The translations under genes and the position numbers were made by a program. Shown piece after piece: positions 1-11,777 of a stretch of 64,000 nucleotides of DNA. The DNA comes from Octopus bimaculoides (lineage: Eukaryota). Under the pieces are notes generated by a model that was given only the letters and a program-made list of their open reading frames with translations, ran no database searches and was not told the origin of the DNA. Position 1 is the first letter of the stretch. Each line of letters starts with the position of its first letter. The stretch lies in contig NC_068994.1 of the NCBI RefSeq assembly GCF_001194135.2, positions 17,916,558 through 17,980,557 on the forward strand. The letters are read 5' to 3'.

Positions 1-330
1 CTTGGCATGGTAAAGAGGATCAACAATGTATAATTGATGTATGCTTTGTTTATCTATGATACTGAATTAAAATCCTCTCTTGAATATAATATTCATTTCA
101 AATTTTGGCACAAAATGATTTTCTATAATTATTATTTAAGGAGAATATTTAAATTTTACATTTGATATAAAACTACTAAATTTCTTTTTTTTTTTATTCA
201 AAATATACAATTTCATCTTCATAATGTCTTTTCTTTTTAAATTATAATGTATAATCTTAATTTAAACATGCTAATCATGCTTGAAATTACATGTACTTAT
301 ATATTTTTTTTCATTCAATTGTATATCTAG

Positions 331-447
331 CAAAAGACACGTTTCAAACAAAAAGATTTAGATATGTTATACAACAATTACATCCAAACCCTTTATCTTG
401 ATAAAATGGTGCTGAAAGCAATTCAGAAGAGAGAAGCTGATGCGGCA
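331..447 (+). CDS. HAUS8: HAUS8/augmin subunit 8-like, internal coding exon (gene begins upstream of window)
   Basis: Acceptor tatatctag|C and donor GCA|gtaagt. 117 nt, phase 0/0: QKTRFKQKDLDMLYNNYIQTLYLDKMVLKAIQKREADAA. Joins in frame to four more exons. Family call rests on recalled similarity of the downstream exons to the HAUS8 coiled-coil region. Confidence 0.7.
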
Positions 448-476
448 GTAAGTAGTTATCAATCCTCTCTCTTTTT

Positions 477-524
<48 letters not shown>

Positions 525-554
525 ATGATAAAGGAATAAATAATTATCTTCATT

Positions 555-635
555 GGCTTACAGCTGTTTCTGCTATAGGAAGCAGTGGACTCATAGTTGA
601 ATACCTGAATAACACCTTATAGCTTCATCATTGCA
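555..635 (-). ncRNA. Minimal type I hammerhead motif, decayed
   Basis: Minus strand: aTGATGA-a-gctataag...cctatagc-a-GAAAC-AGCT-GTA-agcc. C3 is changed to A and the 5' strand of stem I is degraded. Confidence 0.55.
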
Positions 636-683
636 TACATACAAATGTAGCTCTTTCCCAAATGAGTCTCACTTCATATTCAA

Positions 684-753
684 GGCTCCAGTGAAACTAT
701 AAGGCACTCACCTATGAGTCTACTGCATCTTATAGCAGAAACAGTTGTAAGCT
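684..753 (+). ncRNA. Minimal type I hammerhead motif, decayed (inverted partner of 555-635)
   Basis: ggct-CCAGTGA-aa-ctataag...cttatag-ca-GAAAC-AGTT-GTA-agct. Stem I (ggct/agct) and stem II are present; the CUGANGA core has three substitutions. Confidence 0.5.
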
Positions 754-1347
754 AATGAGGTTTGTAAGATTTTCATTTATTCCTTTGTCATCTTTCTTAT
801 TACAGCTCTATTGTTAGTTAATACTTCATCCTGAAACATGTATACTGAGTTCTACACCAGGTTATTAGTCTTGCAATCTGTAAGCAAAATAAATGTGTGT
901 ATGTGTGCAGGTATGGTTGTGTGGTAGGAAGCTTGTTTCCCAACCACCTGGATTTAGGTTCAGTCCCATTGACACCTTGGGCAAATGTCTTCCACTGTAG
1001 CCCCTGGTCACCCAAGCCTTGTTGGTTGATTTTATAGATGGAAACTAGAAGCCCGTCATATATGTGTGTGTTACCTTCTCCTTCCCATGTCATTTTGTAA
1101 TTGTTATAAACAAGTGTCACCATCATGCAAACTGCATCCTCTGTTTCCTATGTTCCATGCCTGGTTATGAGAGAATATTTCCTTGCTTGGAACCAGAGGC
1201 GAGGTTTGGTGACAGGCAGGGCATCTGGCCATAGAAAAACAAAATTCTTTCTCAACAAAATTCCATCTGAGCTATATGAGCATGGAAGAGTAAACCTCAA
1301 ACTGACTATGATGTAATAACATGAATATTTTTGTATTAAAAGTCTCC

Positions 1348-1388
<41 letters not shown>

Positions 1389-2239
1389 TTTTTTACTTGC
1401 TTCAGTCATTTGACTTTGGCCATGCTGGAGCACTGCCTTGAAGGTTTCTAGTTAAACAAATTGACCCCAGGACTTATTCTTTTAAGCCTAGTATTTATTC
1501 CATCAATCTCTATTGCTGAACTGCTAAGTCATGGGGACATAAACACATCAACACCAGTTGTCAAGCAGTGGGGTGCGGGGACAAACAAAGACACATGCAC
1601 ATAGACATATATATGTGCTAATCCACCCCCAACAATAGAGAACAGTCGCCATATTCCCTTCCATATTAGCTAACTTTGATGAGTGTAAAGTTATATAGTT
1701 GGATTGTTACCTAACACTCCATTGTATTCTTTACGTGAGACTGATTGGTAAGATCAGCTCTGATGGATATCTAATACTATACATTTTGGATAATATATAT
1801 ATATAATGGGCTTTCAGTTTCTGTCTACCAGATCCATTCACAACGCTTTGGTTGTCCTGGGGCTATAGTAGAAGACACTTGCCCAAAGTGCCATGCATTG
1901 GGACTGAACCTAGAACAACATGGTTGAGAAGCAAGCTTCTTACCACTTCAATTTCCACTTTTCCTTGTCGGGCAGAATTCATTCAGACAGATTTTTCTGT
2001 GGCTGGATGCTCTTCCTGTCACCAACCCTCATCTGTTTCCAGGTAAGGTAATAATTCCCTAATCTATTTAACTATGAAACAGCATGGACATAGTTACAAG
2101 TCTGTGTTGTACAACATGTCGAGGCATGTCAGAAGCTCAGAAATGTTTTTATGGTTGACTGTAAGCATATAACACCACTTGTATCTGGTAGTGAGATACA
2201 GATCGTGTAAAAACAAACAGAAATCAAACATGCATGCAC

Positions 2240-2930
2240 ACAGACACATCATCCTCATTCTTTAATGTCTGTTTTCCATGCTGGCATGGGTTGGATGGTT
2301 TGACCAGAGCTGGCAAGCAGGTGAGCTGCACCAGGTTCCATTCTGATTTGGCTTGTTTCTATGACTGGATGCCCATCCTAGTAGTGGCAACCACTTTACA
2401 GTGTGTACTGAGTGCTTTTTATGTGGCACCAGCATGGGTGCTTCTTACATGGCACCAGCATGGGCGCCCTTCATGTGACACTGGCACAGGTGTTTTATAC
2501 ATGGTGCCAGCACAAGTGCTTTTTTATGTGGCACCAGCACAGGGCTCTTACAGGCCAATCCTCTTCATCAGTGAGAGTGACATTATCACTTCTGTTGTGG
2601 AGGATGGGTCTTCTTGAGTACTGCAAGGTTCCAGATGTTTCAGTCCTTTGTCATCTCTTCCATAAGGTTCAGTGTCCTGAGGATGTCCTTCAGTACTTCA
2701 TCTCATGTCTTCCTGGGTCTCCCTCTTCCACAAGTTTCAGCCATTTTGAGTGACTGACACTTCTTTATGGCGCTTTCTACATCTATCCACATCACATGAC
2801 CAAATCAAGACTGTTTTCTCTCTTGCACACTGCATCTAATTCCTCTTATGCCTAACTTTTAGCTCAGTACACTTGCACTCTGTTGCACATGTACACTTAC
2901 ATTGCACATCGAGCAGGGTATATTAACCTT
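2240..2930 (-). mobile_element. 5'-truncated RTE LINE with 3' tail
   Basis: Minus strand carries the RTE C-terminal GHV motif and the recurrent 3' end ..ccatgccagcatggaaaa..cattaaa+(GAT)n. The same tail recurs at about 8985, 12500, 18640, 20900, 32345, 35800(+), 36727 and 38452. Confidence 0.7.
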
Positions 2931-3727
2931 GTCTACTAATGTCACTTAAAAAGTATTGGTTGACCCATCGTTATAGTATACAATATAGTATACAGTATAG
3001 TATACAGTGGGACCAGTCCCCTAATCACATGGCCCAGAAGCTAACTTCTTAACCCCACACCCATGCCTGTCCCTATATATTTATGTAAATATAGTGTGAC
3101 ATGGTTGAATGATTAAGAGACTTGCTTTGCAACCACATGCGTTTTGGGTTCAGTCCTACTGTGTGGCACCTTAGGCAAGTGTTTTTTCCATCTACCTCTG
3201 ATTTATCTGGTAATACTGTTTTACATTTGTTGGCAGAGAAATGGCAGTGTGGTAGTCTGTTAAACTAAATGTCTTTCATTATTTACTTTTGCCTAAAGCA
3301 GTGAGCTGGTAGAATCATTAGCACACTGGCCAAAATACTTAGCAGCGTTTCATCTGTTTTTATGTTCTGAGTTCAAATTCTGCCAGGCTCGTCTTTGCCT
3401 TTCATCCTTTCAGGGTTGATAAAACAAATACCAGTTGAGTACTGGGGTCAATGTAATCAACTCCCCCAAAATTGCTGGCCTTGTGCCAAAATTTGAAATT
3501 ATTAACTTTTGCCCTACGAGCTGCATTCAAATCCCTACTGGGATTCAGTAGCTTTTTATCATCACTTGAGGTCTACCAGTCATATATCAGGGTCAATTAA
3601 ACATCTTTCTCTTACAAATATGTAACCTTGGACCATCGTAAAAAAAAGTCATTATTATTGTTGTATTTTGATTTCTTTTTCTCTTAACAATAATCCATAA
3701 ATCTACATTGTATTAAATATTTAACAG

Positions 3728-3847
3728 GGGCAGATTCAAGCTTTCCATAACTTGATTCAATCTGAGTGTGAGAGAGGATTAAATTTAGATAAGAAAATGA
3801 AGGAAACACGTCATCATAATTTGGTTATGAAGTTTGGTAAACTTCAG
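3728..3847 (+). CDS. HAUS8: HAUS8-like coding exon
   Basis: aacag|GGG...CAG|gtaagt. 120 nt, phase 0/0: GQIQAFHNLIQSECERGLNLDKKMKETRHHNLVMKFGKLQ. Confidence 0.75.
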
Positions 3848-3941
3848 GTAAGTATTATCATATAGAATAGCTTCTTGTGCCTCTTCTCCACAGACATTTA
3901 TAGATTGTTAAATAAGGAAGACATCACTTAATCCCTGTGAT

Positions 3942-3989
<48 letters not shown>

Positions 3990-5027
3990 TAAGGAGCAAA
4001 AATACTGGAGATTCAGGAAACATGTGATAAAATTATGAGTTGAAAATATGTAAAGAAAGAAGAAGAAAAAAATGCCTTCGTTTCACATAGTTTAATACTT
4101 TTTTATATAAATATATACATATTATATGGGTGTTGTAAAATCCAACCGGTTTTCGCTATTTAAATTAGCTTTTCAAGGGGCATTGTATAGTGATATTATA
4201 ATGTAATTATGACATTAAAATATAAAGATTAATTCGCATATATAATATAATATATATTATTTGTTTTCAGTCACTGGACTTTAGCTTTGCTGGCATACCA
4301 CCTTGAAGGGTGTAGTGGAACAAATCGACCCCAGTCTTTTTCTTTTTTTTTTAAGTATAGTACTTATTCTATTAGTACTTTTTACAGAACTGCTAGGTTA
4401 CAGAGATGCAAACATACCAATGCCAGTTGTCAAGTGCTGGTGGGAGATACACACACACACATCTGTATGATGGGTTTCTTTTTGTTTCCAGATACAAGGA
4501 TTTGGTCAGCCTGAGGCTTCATTAGAAGACACTTGCCCAAGGTGCCATGCCATGGAACTGAACCAAAAACCATGAGGTTGGGGAGCAAATTCTTACCACA
4601 CAATCACACCTAATGTGTAACGAATACATCATTTTGTTATATTCATGTTACTCTAGTGAATTAAAACAAAAGTCTGCAAATTGGTGATTTGACCAGACAG
4701 ACTGACAAAATGTTAGACCTGGAAATTCAAACAAATGTTTAAGTTTGCAGTTACCTTACCCAACTGAAAAACCAGATGTTAAGTCATTAACTCTGTAGTC
4801 ATAGTAGAGACATTTGGAAACTGAAGAATTGATATTGAACTGTTGTTTCATAGGTTGTAATTCTAAATTCTTTCATAGATATTGCATTGTGATCTTAGTT
4901 GGATCTATTATATAGGAAACTATCTCTTACAGAGATTAACATTGATCTAAATTGTCTCTTTCCTCTCATAAATAATAATAATAATGATAATAATAATAAA
5001 TGTTTTAACATTTTCTTTTATAAACAG

Positions 5028-5166
5028 AGAAGTGCAATTTCCAAAGTAAATGACTCCTTATATGATATGAAATCAAAACATCATCATTTGGCTGAAGTAT
5101 TGGATAAGGCTTCTCATCAGATTGCTACAGAAGGAATTTTTCATCCAAATGATGAATCCTACATTG
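5028..5166 (+). CDS. HAUS8: HAUS8-like coding exon
   Basis: aaacag|AGA...ATTG|gtaaat. 139 nt, phase 0/1: RSAISKVNDSLYDMKSKHHHLAEVLDKASHQIATEGIFHPNDESYI. LAEVLDKASHQIATEGI resembles the recalled HAUS8 segment FATALDTTRHELPVRSI. Confidence 0.8.
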
Positions 5167-6319
5167 GTAAATATTCATTTAATTTATTCTCTTTATAAAT
5201 GTTTTTTTTCTTTTTTGTGCATCTCCAAAATGTTGCATAGAATTTGTACTCTGCTGTTTTCACGACTCTTTAGTGGATTTGCACTGCAGACTAACAGTAC
5301 TGTTACTATATACAAAATAGCCTGTTGTTGTAGCCTCCTTTTTCTGTTGTTTCATTAAATACTGGGTTTGATTTTACAAACTATAGCTTTGTGCCAATAC
5401 AAGTATATCATTGTAATTTTTCCCTCAGTCATAGGGTACTGATATATGTGGTTGGCTTTGCATATTATGCTTTTTGGGTCAATAAAATTAGTATTAAGTA
5501 CTGAGATAAGTTCAATTTCACCTTGTTTTAAAATGTGTGTCTTTGTGCCACTCTTAGAAACCATTATTAATAATATTACCTTTCACCCTTACAGAATACA
5601 TAGTTTTAATTTATAAATCTGAGAAGTGGTGGAGTTAGCTTGGTAAAATGAGAGATGGTTGATATCCTGTTTGAAGTGTTGTAGATCTTAGAGATTTTTA
5701 ACAAAAAAAGCTAATCATTTTTAAATCACAAAGATCCATTAGGCTTGTACTAAACTCTAGGTTGTGGAGTATTAAAGATGAGATGTTTCCCAGAAGATGG
5801 TGATTTATTGCAAATAGCTTTCCTGCCCGAGGAATTGCACTGATCACTGCAGTCAATGAAATGCTCTTTAATACTATTCTTCTGTTGCTCATTACAGCAG
5901 GGAATTCTACTATCTGCAATATCTGCTTAAAGCCAGGTAGTGAGTAAAGTCTTTTTGGCTGTAGTATAATGTAATGCTGGTGACGATATGAATGAAAGAC
6001 TTTTGGTGGATCATTTGAAACCCTATTGACTCATCTGCACTGAAGAAAAGTAAGTATAGAGCCTTAATAAAAAGGGAAGGTAGATGCATCAAGTGTGTTT
6101 AAGTGGGGATGGTACAGAGCTGGATATTTCAGAAAATTGGAAACTTGTCAAAAGTGTAAGAAATGACAAAGACAGGATAGTGGACCGGTGTTTGTAGATT
6201 TTTAGTTGCCAAGGGAAGAATTTGTTTGCTTTGTATTTTATCTTTTCAGAGGCTGCTGAGGATGTATGTGAAATTGAAATGAAATTTTAATTTTAGTTTT
6301 GTTTCTTCCATTTTTTTAG

Positions 6320-6470
6320 ATGATTTGACAAATAATTTTGTAGAAACAGAAAAGCTTTTGGAGAAAATAAATGATGTAACCGAATCTAAGATGCCATCTT
6401 TGTCCTTGTACAATTCCCATTTGAAACATTTAGTTGAAACAATTTCCACAGAGAAAATTGAAATTGAGCA
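6320..6470 (+). CDS. HAUS8: HAUS8-like coding exon
   Basis: tttttttag|AT...GAGCA|gtaagt. 151 nt, phase 1/2: DDLTNNFVETEKLLEKINDVTESKMPSLSLYNSHLKHLVETISTEKIEIE. Phases match both neighbouring exons. Confidence 0.8.
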
Positions 6471-7403
6471 GTAAGTGTCAATTTGGGCTTCAGTACTTAC
6501 CATTTCCATCAATTTCTTTCCTTACAAAGTAATTAATCCATTGATTAAGCCATAAACATGTTCTTGTATCTATGCGGAAAATTTCGAAAGACTAGACAAC
6601 TAAGCAGGAGGCAAATTCTCATGATGGCTTCAAGTCTTTGTGTCTATACCTTAGTTGTTGATTGCTGCAAAAAGGGATTTTATCTACTTTCCTTCACACA
6701 TCAGTTTGTCTATCTCTCCATTCAAATATTTTTGGATAATGTATTGCTGCAATAGCCAACAATATTGTATTTACAGGAACTTTATATATAAAATATTATG
6801 GGTATGGCTTGAAACGACATCCAGTAGTGGGGCCCTGGTTTGGGAGTTTCAGGGTTCCAAGGAATGTGGGGCCACCTTTTAGCCACTATTGTTCCCTGGT
6901 CTACTCTGAGTAGTTATACCTTGCTGGGGTCCTTGTAGCCTTACCCAGCCATGAAAACGACTGAGAGTAAACCTGGAGTAGAAATTGGGAGTTGAAGCCT
7001 CTAAGGCAGTCTAATGTTATCTACAATCTTGTTCTGGCAACTCCTACAATGACATTGGTTCCGAATTATAATGGCCATACTGTTCCTTTAGATCTGGAAA
7101 CCCTTCTAACTTTGCTAACAAAACAACAAATCGATTAATGTCAACAATTATTTAATTGAAAGTGGTACATTTCTTTTGCTCTGTACATTTTTCTATTATC
7201 CACTACGAGTGGAAAATGTAAAATGACAGTGGATTGTATACAAGGGATAAACTTTGAAGTCTGCACATATATAAACCATGGAAGACTTGAACGGATTTAA
7301 ACAGAAGAGATTTTAGGCATCTACTATTATAACCCTCGGTTGACCAAAGCCGTTTGAGTGAGTTGGGTAGACAGAAACTGAAAGAAGCCCATTGTGTGTG
7401 TGT

Positions 7404-7661
7404 ATATAACAAAACAGGAAAGTGGAAATGTTTTGGTATTATTTATTCACCATTACATGTTTCATTTGCTAATAGGAATTACAAAGTTTTACATGTTAGA
7501 TAGACATGTAAGGAATTTTTTATTAAAAATTCTTCAGACAAAGGAAATTCCTCATATGTCTATCTAGCATGTAAAACTTTGTAATTCCTATTAGCAAATG
7601 AAACATATGTAATGGTAAATAAATAATACCAAAAGATTCCCATTTTCCTGTTTTGTTATAT
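7404..7661. mobile_element. Fold-back MITE-like element
   Basis: About 117-bp arms starting ATATAACAAAACAGGAAA, about 9 differences by hand alignment, about 25-bp spacer. Sits at a TA within a SINE microsatellite. Confidence 0.65.
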
Positions 7662-8221
7662 TGGATTGTAATAATGGAATAAGCAGATGTGCTTCAAGGG
7701 TAAACAGCTTGGATTTACCCTAACTACCTAGAATATATATATATATTGTTTGTCCCTCAACACTACTTGACAATCAGTGTTGTTTTGTTTACATCCCAGC
7801 AAAAAGAGACAACTAGAATTAGTACCACACTTAAAAATAAGCACTGAGATCAGGTCGTTCAACTAGGAAACCTTTTAAGGTGGTACCTCTGCATGCTGCA
7901 TGGCCACAGTCGAATGACTGACACATAAAAGATAAATGATTATCTCCCAAAATAATATAATAGCTGCAGACAGGGTAACCACGGATAGTTACATATTGTT
8001 TTGGGGAAAAATATGTTATTAGTGTTTAATTCATGCAGCATAGCAAAGATGATGATGATGTATGTTTCTAAGCCCTTCAAAAATGTGTTTGATTTTAATT
8101 ACTATGTATTCTAAATACCAGAAAAATGTTAAACATTTTGTTTATTTTGCATAATTTAACTAGAACATTATTAGAATTGCTCTAATTAGTTTCTTCTTTT
8201 TTCTTTTCTTTTAAACTTAAG

Positions 8222-8339
8222 GATAACTGAGTTGTTGGCAGCCATTGAATCTTTAACAATACAACAAGCTTCACTGAGTTTCCAACATTTAGATGAAGAA
8301 AAAGAAGAAATGAATTCTAAACAGATTTTAGAATCTTAA
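8222..8339 (+). CDS. HAUS8: HAUS8-like terminal coding exon
   Basis: Polypyrimidine tract then aag|G. Phase 2: QITELLAAIESLTIQQASLSFQHLDEEKEEMNSKQILES* (TAA 8337-8339). AATAAA at 8440-8445 downstream. Confidence 0.78.
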
Positions 8340-8647
8340 ATAATCATTTGTAACTATTTGATTTATAACAAAGGGTTTCAACATGACATATCTTTTTTCT
8401 ACCTCAAATTCCTTTAAGCCATTTTTTTTCAATGTCTTAAATAAAATTGTATATATTACTGTTTTTTTTTAAAATATGTAATATCTTATCATATTTTTTC
8501 TTAACATTTAAATAAAGGAGATGGATTTTATTTTGTTAAAGATGAACCAAATCTGTATGGCAAAACATTAAATAAAATCAGCATTTTTGCAACATCATAT
8601 TGTAATATGAAGCCTCTGTTTAAGCGTCTGAGTTTCTTATATATTTG

Positions 8648-8679
<32 letters not shown>

Positions 8680-9479
8680 ATGAAAATGTTAAGAAATTTT
8701 GTCAAATATTTTTTATTTCATGCGATGTATATATATATTTGCTAGTCATTGCATCAAGCACCCAGAAAAACCTGTGTCAGTTGGTCTTCTGGCTGTCAGT
8801 TGAAGGAAGAATCAACAGGGGAAGAAAACATCTCACCTATGTGGACAACTTGCTTCAGGAGAGTGGAATGACAAATATTGACAAAAATTAACTCATGTGA
8901 AATCATTGAAGCACCCAGGAAGATGGCCAAATTAAATACTAACATTATATATAATCTCAAAACTATGTATGTGTGTATCATCATCATCATCATTTAGTGT
9001 TTGCTTTCCATGCTGGCATGGGTTAGACAGCTTGACTGGAACTGGTAAGCCAGAGAACTGCACTAGGTTCCAGTCTGATTTAGCATGGTTTCTACAGCTG
9101 GATGCCCTTCGTAATGCCAATCACTCCAAGAGTGTAAAGGGTACTTTTTATGTGTCACTGGTACAGGTGCTTTTATATCCCAGGCATTATGAATATAGAA
9201 CTACATTATCCTCTCAGTCTCAACCTTTACAAGGTGGTAGGGTGTGCTTTAATCCTTTTGATACCAACCTTCCTGACACTGCCTCTGGTTCTATGATATA
9301 AACTTCCTACTTTGAAGTGATCTAAGTTAATGACTTTTCATCAAAATTTCATGTAAATTTATGTTCCAAATACCAGTTTAATAATGACAATTATTTTACT
9401 AAATTCTTCATTATTTTCAAAATTAATTGACACTGTCATTTTCTGTAGTATATGCTACTGGTAAAAATATTTGTTGATC

Positions 9480-10136
9480 ATGCAAGTACCTTCATAAATT
9501 ATTCTAAGTGAAAGTCTTTTTTTAAAGTCTGTGTTGTGTTGATATGTTGAAAGATATAGAAGAAAACACATGCACACAAACAACAAAAAATAAAATTATA
9601 TATATATATGTACACACACACACACACACACCCCCTTTTATTGAAGTCTCTGTTGTGTTGTGTTGACAGACTTGCACTTAGAATTCCTGCATTTTTAATC
9701 AAAACTTGTTAGCTAGGTAGTTTTGTCACCATAGTAATTATCTCTATCTCTCTCTTTCTCTCTCTCTCACACACTTACTTTCTCTTGCTCTTTTTTTTAA
9801 GTGTGTGTTCTATTATTCATATGTTGAAAGAAAGAAAAACACAAACAACAACAAAAAAAAACTATATGTATTATATATATATAAACATAGTCTTTTTTTT
9901 TTTTTGGAAGTGCGTTGTATTATGTTGACAGGCTTACTCTCAAAACTTCCTGAATTTAAAATCAAAATTTGTTAGTTACTATGGTGACAACACTACCTAT
10001 CTACCAATCTATCTTTTATACACACTCCTTCTCACTGTATTTCTCTCTCAACAACTTTTTCTCCTTCTTTCCCTCCCTTTTATAGATATAATGGACAGAA
10101 AAATGGAGATCCACTTCTCTTTTATACTATTAGATA
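9480..10136. mobile_element. Non-autonomous element with internal duplication and microsatellites, possibly Helitron/HINE-like
   Basis: Two similar 200-bp blocks (about 9540 and 9810), (CA)n/(CT)n tracts, and a terminal cttttatactattagat. Confidence 0.35.
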
Positions 10137-10324
10137 AAGGCAGTGTATTTCAACAGAAATATGGTAACAAAAGTGTTAAGGAAGAATTGGCTGTTATTTC
10201 TTGCAATATTTATGACCACACAGAAGCTTCCTTGTTGGTTTGACAGTGTTTCGCAGAAGTGATAAATCTTGAGATTCAGAGTAATTTTCCAGTTAGATAA
10301 GAATAAGCAAGCATGTGGGAGATA

Positions 10325-10537
10325 AGAGGGGGTACTGAAAAGTTCTTGGCTTTAAGGGTATCGCGAAAGGCCTGGCTGGAGGTCCAACCTTCCAAGTTCT
10401 CTTACAGGGTTTACAAAAACAGAAGGACTGCCACCATAAGGGTGTGAATCTGAGAGGGGAATATGTTGAATGAAATCATATTTAACTGATCCTCCTGTAT
10501 TTTATTTTACCCAAAGGAACTTTTCAGCACCCCTTTG
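10325..10537 (+). mobile_element. Mariner-derived MITE
   Basis: TIRs gagggggtactgaaaagttc / gaacttttcagcaccccttt, TA on both sides, and transposase C-terminus HKGVNLRGEYVE* inside. Confidence 0.8.
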
Positions 10538-10779
10538 TATATGAAAATCAACAAATATGCTCCTGAATTAATCAGATAAGCTAAAAAAGAAAGGATTAAA
10601 ACAAAAGGATTTTCTCATTAACCAAAATATTTATTTCTTAAATTTTAAGCTAATTTTAAAAAACATATTTATAATTGTTTGTGTAAAGTTAATAAAGCAC
10701 CATTCTTCCCAAAGTTCATAAAAATAGTTTTCAGATAGTTTTATCACAATTTGTCAGAAATTATATTTGTAAACATGAT

Positions 10780-11575
10780 TTAAAAAGTTTTTTTTGGCTT
10801 TGTTGAAGTTTTACTTCTTTTCTTCAAAGGAGTTTTAATTATTTTATCACCAAGTGATTCCTCAAGATGCATTTTAGTCTCTGGTTGTAAGGCATTTATA
10901 AATGAATATGATGAACAGTCATTGGAAAGGTGAAGACCGACTTCATGTTTTAAATTTTTGTTGTCTTTTGGTTGTAATTTTGTTTGAACATCAAGAACAC
11001 TTTTACAGTTGAAGACAATAGGACGATCATATAAAGATGAATCTTTTGCTAAAGCCTTGGCAATAATTTCATTAGGTAAGTTAGGTATATCAAATTCCAT
11101 ATCAAGATATTCAAGTAAGTTCTCAGGTATTTCAGATATATCTTTATGTTTGCCATCATAATATTTATTGGCTCCAGGAACTTTTGGCATTTGTGTATAG
11201 AAATCTCTTGGGTATTCATCTTTTAGATTAGGAACGTATTTTTGAAATGCTCCTTTGTCTGTAAATTTCTCATAATTCCATTTATATGAAGCTGGAGCAT
11301 TTCGCTTTTTTTTCACAGTTGATTTGCTATATTTCACTGGTTTCTTACTTGTTTTTTTACTGGGTTTAGCCTGAGTTTCATTTTCTGATTTTTGTCTTTC
11401 TGTTTCATTCATTTTCAAGACATCTGCTTTTAAACCCAATGTAGGATCTTTTTCATTGTATATATGAGTGTATCTTTTTTGACCATGAATAATCTGGTAT
11501 TTTATGATACTGAGTTGGTTCATTTGTTTGGCAAGATATTTCTTATTTTCATGCCACTTTGCAGCTTCTAGAATC
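10780..11575 (-). CDS. ANKRD53: ANKRD53-like terminal coding exon (Lys-rich tail)
   Basis: Minus-strand acceptor tttctag|G. Extends the 247-aa ORF by ILEAAKWHENKKYLAKQ. RILEAAKWHENKKYLAKQM matches recalled ANKRD53 RFLKDAMWKKDKKDFAREM after the last ankyrin repeat. Confidence 0.85.
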
Positions 11576-11777
11576 CTAGAAACAAATTTGTTTTATATAT
11601 TTCTTTAGAAAATGTAAGTTTATGCATTGAGAGATAAAGTGACTGTTAACATATTGATCCAAAGTCCAGAGAGAGAGAGAGAGAGACAATTACACTGTAA
11701 ATGAATGGAGCATGATAGTTGAGAAAATGTGATAAGGTGATGAGCAAGTGCAAAATGAAACAGGACTTACAAATGGT

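Noticed and set aside
5355-5919. Two minus-strand ORFs inside a HAUS8-like intron as a nested gene
   Set aside because: No recognisable domain or splice structure, and part of the sequence resembles a decayed family A SINE.
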